This document shows, piece after piece, positions 28,963 through 38,418 of a DNA stretch of 64,000 nucleotides. A program made the position numbers and the translations under genes. Within the stretch, counting starts at the first letter, position 1. Each line of letters starts with the position of its first letter. The notes beneath the pieces are model-generated. The model searched no databases and was not told the DNA's origin. It saw only the letters and a program-made list of their open reading frames with translations. Location of the stretch: contig JBDNFW010000026.1 of NCBI GenBank assembly GCA_041689615.1, positions 84,282 through 148,281 on the forward strand, written 5' to 3'. The DNA comes from Gammaproteobacteria bacterium. Lineage in GTDB: Bacteria; Pseudomonadota; Gammaproteobacteria; Eutrophobiales; Eutrophobiaceae.

Positions 28963-30139
28963 AAATAGGTCCTAAAACTGAAAACATAACCCAGGCAATA
29001 ATACTACCCAGAACAATAGTCATCGCCGGCTCAATCATCGACTGAAGTCTTTCAATAGATTCTTTAACATCACGTGTATAAAAATAACTAATATTCGATA
29101 AGGCATTCTCCAATGCACCTGTACTTTCGCCAACACGAATCATACGTAGTACAAGTGGAGGGAATATGCCTACTTGAGAAAAACTATCACTTAATGTCGT
29201 GCCATCAGAAATTTTCTGTCCAACCTGATGCATAGCAAGTGCAATTGATTTATTACCAGCAATCTCTTCCCCTGTTCTTATGCAATCGATAATGGTAATT
29301 CCAGATGAATACATAATGGCAAAGAAACTACAAAGCCGCGTTAATATAATTTTTTTAAGTATTGGACCAATTACCGGAATTTTTAACTTCAGTTCATCAT
29401 ATTTTAAATGGAATGCTGGACTTGTTTTAATACCAATATAAATACCCAAAATAATAACGATGGGTATCAACAGTAAAATATACCAATAATTAACGAAGAT
29501 ATTTGATACGACAATAAGTACTTTGGTATGAACAGGTAATTCTTGTCCCATTGTTTTAATAAAACGTAATAATTCAGGTACTAGATAAGTCATTAAAAAG
29601 AAGACCACTCCACCAACAACTGTTCCGACAAACGCTGGATAAGTCAGTAATTTTTTTGTAAGCGCCGCTTGTTCATCTTGCCATTTAAGACTGATGCCAA
29701 GTTCTTCAAACACCTTACTAATCTGACCGGATTGTTCGCCTGCGCTAACCAGGTTAGTAAATATTTTTCCAAACACGTTTTCAAATTCTGCCATGGCCTG
29801 AGCTAAAGTTTTACCACCTTCAATAGCTTCGATCATTGCATTTGTCACTTCTGCCATTCTTGGATTATCGCTACTGTCTCTTAAATCCTGCAAACTCTCC
29901 AATACAGGCACGCCGGCACGAGATGTTTGTTCAAAATGAAAACAGAACGTAATTAAATCGCGTCGCTTAATGCCTGAAGCTGAAAAACTTTTAACTCTCG
30001 ATTTAACTTCTTTACAATTAACTAAATCAAGTTTTAGCTTATTAAGACGCATTTCCAGATCAGCAATATTAGCTGCATCAACCTGGCCATTATGGATACG
30101 ACCACGTTTATCTATCGCCTTGTATTGATAAGCTTCCAT
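28934..30139 (-). CDS. mshG: Type II secretion / type IV pilus platform protein (GspF/PilC/MshG family)
   Basis: 401 aa. It has two T2SSF repeats with 3 TM regions. Confidence 0.85.
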   Translation of the reverse strand: MEAYQYKAIDKRGRIHNGQVDAANIADLEMRLNKLKLDLVNCKEVKSRVKSFSASGIKRRDLITFCFHFEQTSRAGVPVLESLQDLRDSSDNPRMAEVTNAMIEAIEGGKTLAQAMAEFENVFGKIFTNLVSAGEQSGQISKVFEELGISLKWQDEQAALTKKLLTYPAFVGTVVGGVVFFLMTYLVPELLRFIKTMGQELPVHTKVLIVVSNIFVNYWYILLLIPIVIILGIYIGIKTSPAFHLKYDELKLKIPVIGPILKKIILTRLCSFFAIMYSSGITIIDCIRTGEEIAGNKSIALAMHQVGQKISDGTTLSDSFSQVGIFPPLVLRMIRVGESTGALENALSNISYFYTRDVKESIERLQSMIEPAMTIVLGSIIAWVMFSVLGPIYDLITKVKI

Positions 30140-30143
30140 ATTT

Positions 30144-31859
30144 CTAGTGTGCTTTCAATCTGCCAGTTAAATCAACAACTCTGGACATCTCTTCAAGGCT
30201 GGTCAAACCTTCTAGTACCTGCCCTGCACCAACATCCGCCAAAGTTTTAAATCCTTTTGACAGTGCCATGCGTAATAAATCTCGTTGTGTTCCTTTGCGT
30301 GCAATTAATTCATCGATGTCAGTATCAAAATGTAATACTTCCTGAAGTGCAATTCGTCCTTTGTAGCCTTGATTTTCACAAACACTACAACCTTTGGCTT
30401 TATAAATTTCTTTTTGCTTATCTGTTATTTTCAGATTGAGCAATCCTCGTTCCAGATCGCCTAATGCATACGGTTCTTTACAAGATTGACATAAACTTCG
30501 AATTAATCGCTGCGCAATAATACCGATTATGTTGCCAGCAATAATATCCGGCTTAACGCCAATATCGAGTAAGCGTGGAATTGATCCCAGAGCCGAATTT
30601 GTATGTAGTGTTGAAAATACCTGATGACCTGTCATTGCTGCACGAAAAGCCATACTAGCGGTATCTTCATCACGTATTTCACCAACTAGAATAATATCCG
30701 GGTCCTGGCGCATCAAAGAACGAATACCACTGGCAAAATCAAGCCGAGTAGTATCACTCACCGATGTTTGCCTAACCATCGTCGTCGGATATTCAACCGG
30801 ATCTTCCAGAGTCATAATATTCACAGACTCTGTATTTAGATAATTCAATATCGAATATAAGGTTGTCGTTTTACCGCTACCGGTTGGCCCCGTAACAAGA
30901 ATAATACCTTCTGGTCTAGCGACCATTAATTTAAGTGTGTTCTGCGCTTCTTCTTTTAAGCCAAGTTGATCAAAAGAAACAATGCCTTTTTGTCTATCCA
31001 AAACACGAAGAACAATATTCTCACCATGTACTGTTGGCAAAGTAGAAACGCGAAAATCAATCGGACGTCCTGATAAAGATAAGGAAATACGTCCGTCTTG
31101 CGGCGCTCTCGTTTCAGCAATATCCATCCCTGACATAACTTTTACTCGTACAGCAATAGCTGACCAATAATTTTTATGCAGGCTGCGAACCTGCCTTAAT
31201 ACACCATCAATACGATATCGAAAACGCAGAAAACCTTCTTCAGGTTCAAAATGTATATTTGATGCATTTCGCTTAACCGCATCCGCAAGTAATGCATTCA
31301 CTAATCGAACAACGGGTTGACTATATTGATCAGACTCTGCGTCAAGACTCTGGTAGTCGATCTCACCTGTTTCTATTTCATGTAATATGCCATCAACAGA
31401 AAGTTCGAAGCCATAAAATTGATCAATTGCCTTTTCAATTTCGGCTTCACCAGCCAGTACTGGAATTACTTCTGAGTTACCGCCAAGATGAGTGTTGATT
31501 TGATCCAGTGCTACAACGTTAAACGTATCCGCCATAGCAAGGGTAAGTATTCTTCGCTGACTATCGTAAGTTAGCGGGAGTACTCTTAATCTTCTAGCCA
31601 TGTCCTTTGGAACCATACGTACCGCATCACCATCGGCAACGGCTGTGCGCAGATCGATACTCTCCTGGCCAATAACCCCACCAATAACATCACGAATAAT
31701 TGATTCTGTAGCGAAACCAAGACGAACAAGAATTTTACCAAGATGTTCCTTACTGCGTTTTTGTTCAGTTAAAGCAATATTAATCTGATCAAGAGTAGTT
31801 ACACCCTTACTAACCAGGATTTCACCGAGTCGGAAATGTTTTTTATGGGCGACGGTCAC
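30144..31859 (-). CDS. mshE: MshE-type secretion ATPase (GspE/PilB family) with an N-terminal c-di-GMP-binding MshEN domain
   Basis: 571 aa. The N-terminus has tandem RLGxxLVxxGVxTxxQLxxAL motifs (FRLGEILVSKGVTTLDQINIAL; HLGKILVRLGFATESIIRDVI). The C-terminus has Walker A (GPTGSGKTT), Asp/His boxes and a CxxC tetracysteine. Confidence 0.85.
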   Translation of the reverse strand: MTVAHKKHFRLGEILVSKGVTTLDQINIALTEQKRSKEHLGKILVRLGFATESIIRDVIGGVIGQESIDLRTAVADGDAVRMVPKDMARRLRVLPLTYDSQRRILTLAMADTFNVVALDQINTHLGGNSEVIPVLAGEAEIEKAIDQFYGFELSVDGILHEIETGEIDYQSLDAESDQYSQPVVRLVNALLADAVKRNASNIHFEPEEGFLRFRYRIDGVLRQVRSLHKNYWSAIAVRVKVMSGMDIAETRAPQDGRISLSLSGRPIDFRVSTLPTVHGENIVLRVLDRQKGIVSFDQLGLKEEAQNTLKLMVARPEGIILVTGPTGSGKTTTLYSILNYLNTESVNIMTLEDPVEYPTTMVRQTSVSDTTRLDFASGIRSLMRQDPDIILVGEIRDEDTASMAFRAAMTGHQVFSTLHTNSALGSIPRLLDIGVKPDIIAGNIIGIIAQRLIRSLCQSCKEPYALGDLERGLLNLKITDKQKEIYKAKGCSVCENQGYKGRIALQEVLHFDTDIDELIARKGTQRDLLRMALSKGFKTLADVGAGQVLEGLTSLEEMSRVVDLTGRLKAH

Positions 31860-33571
31860 AACTTTGATTCAATTAATTTTGATAGAACAAGAATGCGTTT
31901 ATTTACAGGAACAGGATCGAATCTTGTAGAAGAATTATGTGACAGATCAATTGCCGTCTTATAATAATCCAGTGCTGTATCATATTGCCCCATCTGATCA
32001 AGGCTAATGGCTAAATTGTGTAAATAATCAGGATTAGTCGTATCCAGTCGATAGGCATCAAAAAATGCTTGCTGCGCGTTAGCCCACCTTTTTTGCTTTG
32101 CGTATAAATTGCCCAATGAGAAATACAAATAAGGAACATCGTCTTCTCGTTGTATTAACAATTTAATCGCACTCTCATCTTTTACTGGGTCGGCACTGTT
32201 TGATAAACCAATCAATGCATTCATTGATATCGTATCTAACGGGTTTAATTCTAATAAATGAACATAATGAGAATAAGCGCTCTTTCTATCTTGATTACTG
32301 ATAGCAATGGCAGCAAGGCCAAGATGTGCATCACGATTATCAGGGTCGTTTTTTAAAACATCTTCATAAATTGATGTCGCGGCATCATAATGACCCTCTT
32401 GATAAGCTTTGAATGCCTGACTTACCATCACGTTATCTTCTTTTAACTTTTTACTCTTACTAATGTTAATTAATGATGCATCAACCTGAATATTTTCTGG
32501 AAACGATGCAATAGAATCTTCAGTATTTATTTCATCATCGATAGCTGCATCAACAATAATTGGTTCAATCACTTCTTCAAAAACAATATCGCTACTTGTC
32601 TTGCCTACCGATACTACTTCATCAGTTTTACTTTCACTGGATTCAGTTGTTACTACTACATCTGATGTTGTTATGCCTGCTTGTTCATCTACTTGCATAA
32701 CCATATCTTGTTTTTCAATAGTTTCTGTTGGCTGTTCGACTACATCTCCCACAACCTCAGTTTGCACTTCCTCAATTACAGGAGCTACTAATATAGCTGC
32801 AGAGTCAACGCCACTAGACTCGATACCACGGGCAATTAACGGTGAAGGCAGGTTTCTGGAAACAGGAGTAATAGTAAAATAATAGAAAATAGCAAATGAC
32901 CCCGCAGCTAATAATGCGAGCACAGCAAAAACACCCCATTTAAATGAGCTTTGTTTTTTGTTTGGTCTCCCTGCAGAAAAAACAGTTTTTGCTGCGACAG
33001 GAGTCGGTTGAAATTTACCACCGCCAAGATCTTTTGCTAGTTGATCAGCAGTACCACCTGGTAAAGTTTCTTCATAAATATCTGTTTCTCGTTCATCTTC
33101 CTCAAACAAGGCACCATGGAAAGTATCATCGTACGGAGCAGAAGCACTTTCAGTACTTAATCCTTCTATAATAGTGGTATCGTTAAGATCGATAACTTTT
33201 TGAGTATCTTCAAATTTTTCCTGAGAATCATCTCTCTTAGAAATGGTATTTTCAAGCGTCAATTCTTCAGAAAAAACTTCAGACTGATCTACTGTAGGGA
33301 CGTCTCTTTCATTAAGGTTACTAGCAACTTGTGCTTCTTTAGTATTTTCAACTCTTTCAGCAAGAGAAAGTGGCTCAAGTGAGAATTGAGATGTGTCCGT
33401 ATATTGTTCTGGAACAGCTTTTTCCTTTGCAACTGCTTGCTCTTGCTTATCATCTTCAATTTGATTTTCGCCCGATGTCTCGCGCGCCTCCATCTCTACT
33501 TCTTGGAGTCGCTTCGCTGCTCGCTTTTTTTCTTCTTCTGCCTTTTTCAAGGCATCCATCAAGAGACTCAA
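31856..33571 (-). CDS. TPR-repeat membrane protein (MshN-like) with a long acidic N-terminal region
   Basis: 571 aa with an acidic N-terminus, a TM (WGVFAVLALLAAGSFAIFYYF) and C-terminal TPRs. It is translationally coupled to mshE and the secretin gene. Confidence 0.55.
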   Translation of the reverse strand: MSLLMDALKKAEEEKKRAAKRLQEVEMEARETSGENQIEDDKQEQAVAKEKAVPEQYTDTSQFSLEPLSLAERVENTKEAQVASNLNERDVPTVDQSEVFSEELTLENTISKRDDSQEKFEDTQKVIDLNDTTIIEGLSTESASAPYDDTFHGALFEEDERETDIYEETLPGGTADQLAKDLGGGKFQPTPVAAKTVFSAGRPNKKQSSFKWGVFAVLALLAAGSFAIFYYFTITPVSRNLPSPLIARGIESSGVDSAAILVAPVIEEVQTEVVGDVVEQPTETIEKQDMVMQVDEQAGITTSDVVVTTESSESKTDEVVSVGKTSSDIVFEEVIEPIIVDAAIDDEINTEDSIASFPENIQVDASLINISKSKKLKEDNVMVSQAFKAYQEGHYDAATSIYEDVLKNDPDNRDAHLGLAAIAISNQDRKSAYSHYVHLLELNPLDTISMNALIGLSNSADPVKDESAIKLLIQREDDVPYLYFSLGNLYAKQKRWANAQQAFFDAYRLDTTNPDYLHNLAISLDQMGQYDTALDYYKTAIDLSHNSSTRFDPVPVNKRILVLSKLIESKL

Positions 33572-35268
33572 AGCGAATCATCTCCTTTTTCCGATTTACT
33601 GCCTAAAGGACGATAACCGTTAGATATGTATTTTTTATATTCTTCTAAATCGCTTTCTATATCTGGGCTATTAATAATTACCGGTTTAATGAATATAACC
33701 AGTTCTTTTTTTGTATATTCTGCTCTAGTCGATTTAAAAATATTGCCAAAAAAATCTGCATTTTTAACACCGGGAAGACCAGCGTCGCTGTCCTTTATTT
33801 CATCTTCCATTAGTCCGCCTAGCACACCGATTTGCCCATCACTCATTCTCAGTACCGATTCCATTTCTCTAACGGCAATTTGAGGAATTTGATTTGTAAC
33901 GGTCGTACCTCCTGCAGGAGTAAAAGTAGCGTTTGGATTCGGATCAGTAACGCCTTTTACAAATCGTGAGATTGTTGGTCTCACTACTAATGTTATTTCT
34001 CCATTAGAATCTATCTGTGGTGTTACTGACATAACTATACCAACGGGAACGGTTAAAGCCGTAGTATCGACTGATGTTGTCGCTGTCCCACCAACAAAAG
34101 TAGCAGGAACTACTTCAGCATCAACTTCAAAATAAACCAGGTTTTCCACCACTTTCAGCAACGCCGTCTGATTATTCAAAACCATCATCTGCGGACTGGA
34201 GAGAATTTTAACGTCACCAAACTCATCTAATAAAGTCACTGTGTAGTCAATACTATCAGCATTAACATTAGCGTTAGTACCCACTATATTTTTTTCACTT
34301 AGGTCATTTTTAATCACTAAAGAACTGCCTGCTGTTGTAGCAAAACCTGCAAGCCCACCTGCAGTTGTTGATGCTATCGTAAACAATCCCGTGCTTATAG
34401 CATTCCAATCAATACCAGCCTGATATCTTTCGCTAAGTGTTACTTCAACAATAGTTGTCTGAATTAGCACTTGCCGTTTTGCACTAACTAGCACCTGATC
34501 AATAAAGGACTGTATTTGTTCATGTTGTGCTGCTGTCGCTCTAACAGTCAAAACACCTGACTCAGGGTTAGGAATGACGGTATTCGTAACCGGTATTTCT
34601 CCTCCAGATGCCGCAGATGTTTCATCTCCTAAAATCGCAGAGATATTTGTTACTAATCTTGACCAAAAATGGTGTTTCGATTCAGTGCTAACATCCGTCG
34701 TTGAACTATTTCCTGAACCACCACCACTGGACTCGCCGCCTCCACTTGTAGAAGATATTTGTGTTGAGACCGTACTTGTACTAGTAGTATCTCTGGACAA
34801 ATTTACATAATCAATTTTATAAGTACGTAAAAATGGCGTGTCCTTTGAGATAAACAAATTGTTGCCTTCCTGTACATAACGTATATCTACCTGATTGGAT
34901 ATTCGTTTTAAAATCTGTGGCAGGGTTTGTTCAACCGCGTTAATCGTAACGACACCTTCAATTTCCGGATGGATATCAACATTCACTTTGGCGTCACGTG
35001 CCAGGGCAAATAATAATTCTTTTACCGGCACTTCGTTAACAACAACCGTATAGCGTTCTGGCGGGTCAACTGGCGTTGGTTCTGGTAGAACAGGTACTTG
35101 CTCAACAAGCTCAGGAATGTTTGAGTCTATTACTGAAGGTGATTCTTCAGCATTTATATGCCCTGTTGATGGCTCAAAAGGTTTAGGCTCAAGTTCAGCG
35201 CAGCCGAAAATGAACATCATCACTGCAAACAAAATGATTTTTTTAATCATTATTAACATTGCCCCCAA
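33568..35268 (-). CDS. mshL: Secretin (GspD/PilQ family), MshL-like lipoprotein
   Basis: 566 aa with a lipobox (IFGCAE). The secretin C-domain has a Gly-rich beta-barrel and an STN/N-domain. Confidence 0.8.
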   Translation of the reverse strand: MGAMLIMIKKIILFAVMMFIFGCAELEPKPFEPSTGHINAEESPSVIDSNIPELVEQVPVLPEPTPVDPPERYTVVVNEVPVKELLFALARDAKVNVDIHPEIEGVVTINAVEQTLPQILKRISNQVDIRYVQEGNNLFISKDTPFLRTYKIDYVNLSRDTTSTSTVSTQISSTSGGGESSGGGSGNSSTTDVSTESKHHFWSRLVTNISAILGDETSAASGGEIPVTNTVIPNPESGVLTVRATAAQHEQIQSFIDQVLVSAKRQVLIQTTIVEVTLSERYQAGIDWNAISTGLFTIASTTAGGLAGFATTAGSSLVIKNDLSEKNIVGTNANVNADSIDYTVTLLDEFGDVKILSSPQMMVLNNQTALLKVVENLVYFEVDAEVVPATFVGGTATTSVDTTALTVPVGIVMSVTPQIDSNGEITLVVRPTISRFVKGVTDPNPNATFTPAGGTTVTNQIPQIAVREMESVLRMSDGQIGVLGGLMEDEIKDSDAGLPGVKNADFFGNIFKSTRAEYTKKELVIFIKPVIINSPDIESDLEEYKKYISNGYRPLGSKSEKGDDSL

Positions 35269-35326
35269 GTTTCAGCATTTGTATTTTATAAATCATTACA
35301 TTAATTATCACAAAAAAGTTGCCACA

Positions 35327-36820
35327 TTATAGCTTTTTGTCGTCTTTCAATGGCCGATAAATAATTGTACTACAGAGCTTACAAGTAAGCTCATTCGCCA
35401 TAGTTTTATAGTTAATAGCCGTTTCTGCAGGCAGAATAGCCAATTGATTCAACAATTCCATATCGTCTTCACCACGCTCACTTACTGCGTTTATCAAAGC
35501 CTGTATATCAAGCAAACCACTTTCGCTCAACGTATCTTCAGTATTTGTCACTGCTACTGATATATTAACCGGCTTGTCGTCCGGATAGAAAAAAACATTC
35601 TGTAAAGTTGACTGCCATTGAGCCATTTCCAACTCGTCTGGCGCTGGTCGCGGAACTAACACTTCCGATTTCACATTATCAGTTTCGACGTTATAAGCAG
35701 CTTCACTTTCGAGGATTTCATTAACTGAAGATAATACTGTATTTTCTTCTACCGACTTAGCAACCGTATCTACTTGGGATAGTTTCTCTTCACTTTCACG
35801 CACCTCTTTCACTAACATTAATGAGGTATTCGCAGACTTTGATAACTCGGCATTTTCAATTTTTGCCGTTGAACTATTTTGACCAATAAGATTTGCATCA
35901 TTTAATGCAATAGATGAAGAATTCTTGCTAGACCAAGCCAACACTAAAGCAACAACTATAATGACTGAAAGACTAATTAAACCCCAACGAAAAACAGGAA
36001 ATTCTTGCTTATCAACAAATTCTGTTTCACGTGCCGCAAGTTTTACATGTTTTACAGAAACCGTGCTTTGATTATCTGCATAACTGGCTAATAAAGCTTT
36101 ATCAGACAAAATATTAATTCGTCGCAATAAACCATTTGAATATTTTGAAATAGTTTTTATTGCTTTGTCACTAAATAATTCAACCGACCGATAACCACAT
36201 GCTCGTAAACGTGAATTAATATAATCCTTAACTTCATGAGGTTTAAACGGAGATAAATAAAAGCTATACGTAATCCTTTCTTTCAATTGTCTGATTTCAG
36301 GTTTGGAGATCATGACATCCAATTCTGGCTGACCAAAGATAACGATTTGCAGTAATTTATTTTGGGCTGTTTCCAGATTGCTTAGTAAGCGAATTTCTTC
36401 CAATGTCGCGATAGGCATGCTTTGCGCTTCTTCAACAAAGACAACAACCTGTTTATTTTCGGCATGTTGTTCCAGTAAATAATTCTGTAATGAATTCATT
36501 ACTTTTAAACGACTGTCATCTGGCTGCACTTTTAATTTAAGTTCGAAAGCAATCGCGTGCAAAATATTATCGGGAGAAAGACTCGGATTCGCTAAATAAA
36601 CTATTTCAACATTGTCTGGTAATTCTTTTTCCAACATACGACAAAGAGTGGTTTTGCCACTACCCACTTCACCAACTAATTTGACAATACCTTCACCACT
36701 AACAATGGCATAAATAAGTGCATCTAGAATTGCACCGCGATCACCTCCAGGGAAAAATAAACTCGGATCAGGAGTTATTTTGAAGGGAGGTTGTTTTAAG
36801 CCAAAATATTCGTAGTACAT
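35327..36820 (-). CDS. mshM: ExeA/GspA-type AAA+ ATPase (MshM-like) with a C-terminal TM + about 200-aa extension
   Basis: 497 aa. The N-terminus has YFGLKQPPF and GEVGSGKTT (ExeA/MshM family), followed by a TM segment. Confidence 0.75.
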   Translation of the reverse strand: MYYEYFGLKQPPFKITPDPSLFFPGGDRGAILDALIYAIVSGEGIVKLVGEVGSGKTTLCRMLEKELPDNVEIVYLANPSLSPDNILHAIAFELKLKVQPDDSRLKVMNSLQNYLLEQHAENKQVVVFVEEAQSMPIATLEEIRLLSNLETAQNKLLQIVIFGQPELDVMISKPEIRQLKERITYSFYLSPFKPHEVKDYINSRLRACGYRSVELFSDKAIKTISKYSNGLLRRINILSDKALLASYADNQSTVSVKHVKLAARETEFVDKQEFPVFRWGLISLSVIIVVALVLAWSSKNSSSIALNDANLIGQNSSTAKIENAELSKSANTSLMLVKEVRESEEKLSQVDTVAKSVEENTVLSSVNEILESEAAYNVETDNVKSEVLVPRPAPDELEMAQWQSTLQNVFFYPDDKPVNISVAVTNTEDTLSESGLLDIQALINAVSERGEDDMELLNQLAILPAETAINYKTMANELTCKLCSTIIYRPLKDDKKL

Positions 36821-36836
36821 TAGTTTTACCGTTTGC

Positions 36837-38279
36837 TCATTCCGAGTTTGTCTCTATATTTAAGCGCTGTAATCTACTATATAGTGTAGTCCTATTTACA
36901 CCTAACATACGTGCAGCTTTGCTCAAATTGCCATTACATTTCGCTAAAGCATGATTGATGTATTTTCTTTCCCACTCAGACATTTTGTCATCCAGTTGAA
37001 AACTTTTATCTTTCAATTCTTGCTTAACAAACTCGTCTTCATTAGCAACTTCAATCTGTTGTAGATCAAAATCGCTCTCTAATTCTGCCTGCAAATTTTG
37101 TACGGTTACCGTTTTACCGGCGTATTTTGCCGAGAGACGAATTGCGATATTTCGCAGCTCTCTGATATTACCCGGAAAGCTATATTGTTCTAGTACCGAC
37201 TTGGCATCGTCTGCTAATTCAAATGGTGGATTTCCAGCCGCATACATTCCTCTAAAATACTCCATCAAAATCAACACATCATGTTCGCGTTCTCTCAATT
37301 CGGGAACGTGTATTGTCAAAACACAAAGTCGGTGATATAGGTCTTGTCGAAAGCCACCAGCACGTATCTCTTCTTTTAAGTCACGATTTGTCGCGGCGAT
37401 AATTCTTGCTTTAGATAAACGTGGTTTGGTTTCACCAATTCGATAAAACTCACCATTTTCTAAAACCCTCAACAATTTTGATTGTAATGGTAAAGGTAAT
37501 TCACCAATTTCATCCAAAAACAATGTTCCTTCGCCTGCTTCTTCAAAAAAACCGGCACGCTCAGTCGCGGCTCCAGTAAAAGCACCTTTTGTGTGACCAA
37601 ACAACTGTGCTTCTAATAATTCAGGTGTAAATGCAGCACAATTGATCGTCAGATAAGGCAGGTTAGAACGGTTACTTGAATGATGTAATTCTTCCGCAAC
37701 AAGCTCTTTGCCGGTACCCGACTCGCCTTCAACAAGAACTGGAAAAGGTGTGTCGGCAAATTGCTGAATCAAATCACGTAATGTTTTTAGTGCCGTACTT
37801 TCACCGAGTAGTTTCGTTTCATTAAGCGCCAGTTCTTTTTCTGAAGACTCCGCCTGCAACATCGTCATTTGATATTCCAGTCTGGATCTCAATAAAGACA
37901 TATCACAAGGCTTAGGAATAAAATCGACAGCACCTAGAGTCAGCGCATGATGAATATTCACATCTTCATTCTGCCCCGACAAAACCAGAATCTTGAAGCT
38001 GTCATTCAATGACATTAGCTCTTCAATTAATTTGAAACCTTCTTCCGGCGAATGCGGTTTTGGTGGCAAGCCAAGATCAATTAAAGCGAGTGAAGGCTTG
38101 ACCGATAAATCCTGAAGCAATGACTTAACTTGCTTGCGAGATTCGGCTGTTATAACTTCAAAATCTTTTTGCAGAACGATAGAAAGTGCATCGACAATGA
38201 TGGGATCATCGTCAACAAATAATAATAAGGGCTTTTCTGCACTTACTGACATATCTAATTTTTGAGAATTCGATGACAA
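36837..38279 (-). CDS. Sigma54-dependent Fis-family response regulator (PilR-like NtrC-type activator)
   Basis: 480 aa with a REC domain, an AAA+ sigma54-interaction domain (GESGTGKELVA, GAFTGA) and a C-terminal Fis HTH. The start may be the second Met at 38252. Confidence 0.85.
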   Translation of the reverse strand: MSSNSQKLDMSVSAEKPLLLFVDDDPIIVDALSIVLQKDFEVITAESRKQVKSLLQDLSVKPSLALIDLGLPPKPHSPEEGFKLIEELMSLNDSFKILVLSGQNEDVNIHHALTLGAVDFIPKPCDMSLLRSRLEYQMTMLQAESSEKELALNETKLLGESTALKTLRDLIQQFADTPFPVLVEGESGTGKELVAEELHHSSNRSNLPYLTINCAAFTPELLEAQLFGHTKGAFTGAATERAGFFEEAGEGTLFLDEIGELPLPLQSKLLRVLENGEFYRIGETKPRLSKARIIAATNRDLKEEIRAGGFRQDLYHRLCVLTIHVPELREREHDVLILMEYFRGMYAAGNPPFELADDAKSVLEQYSFPGNIRELRNIAIRLSAKYAGKTVTVQNLQAELESDFDLQQIEVANEDEFVKQELKDKSFQLDDKMSEWERKYINHALAKCNGNLSKAARMLGVNRTTLYSRLQRLNIETNSE

Positions 38280-38418
38280 AGCATTGATTCCTAAATACTT
38301 TCACGTGCAAACATACAGTCTTAATGGGACGACAGCAAGAACAATTGAAGCAATTTATAGGAAGAGAATGACAGGAAAATCGAGACGAAAAAATCAGACT
38401 TGTGTAAGGCAAATCTAT

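Noticed and set aside
21940-38279. PEP-CTERM/exosortase (PrsK/PrsR/PrsT + ExeA-like ATPase) interpretation of the histidine kinase, sigma54 regulator, TPR protein and ExeA-like ATPase
   Set aside because: The locus contains prepilin-motif proteins, a GspE ATPase with MshEN motifs, a GspF platform, a secretin and PilM/N/O-like genes. It contains no exosortase, polysaccharide export or chain-length genes. This fits an Msh-type pilus, not the PEP-CTERM system.
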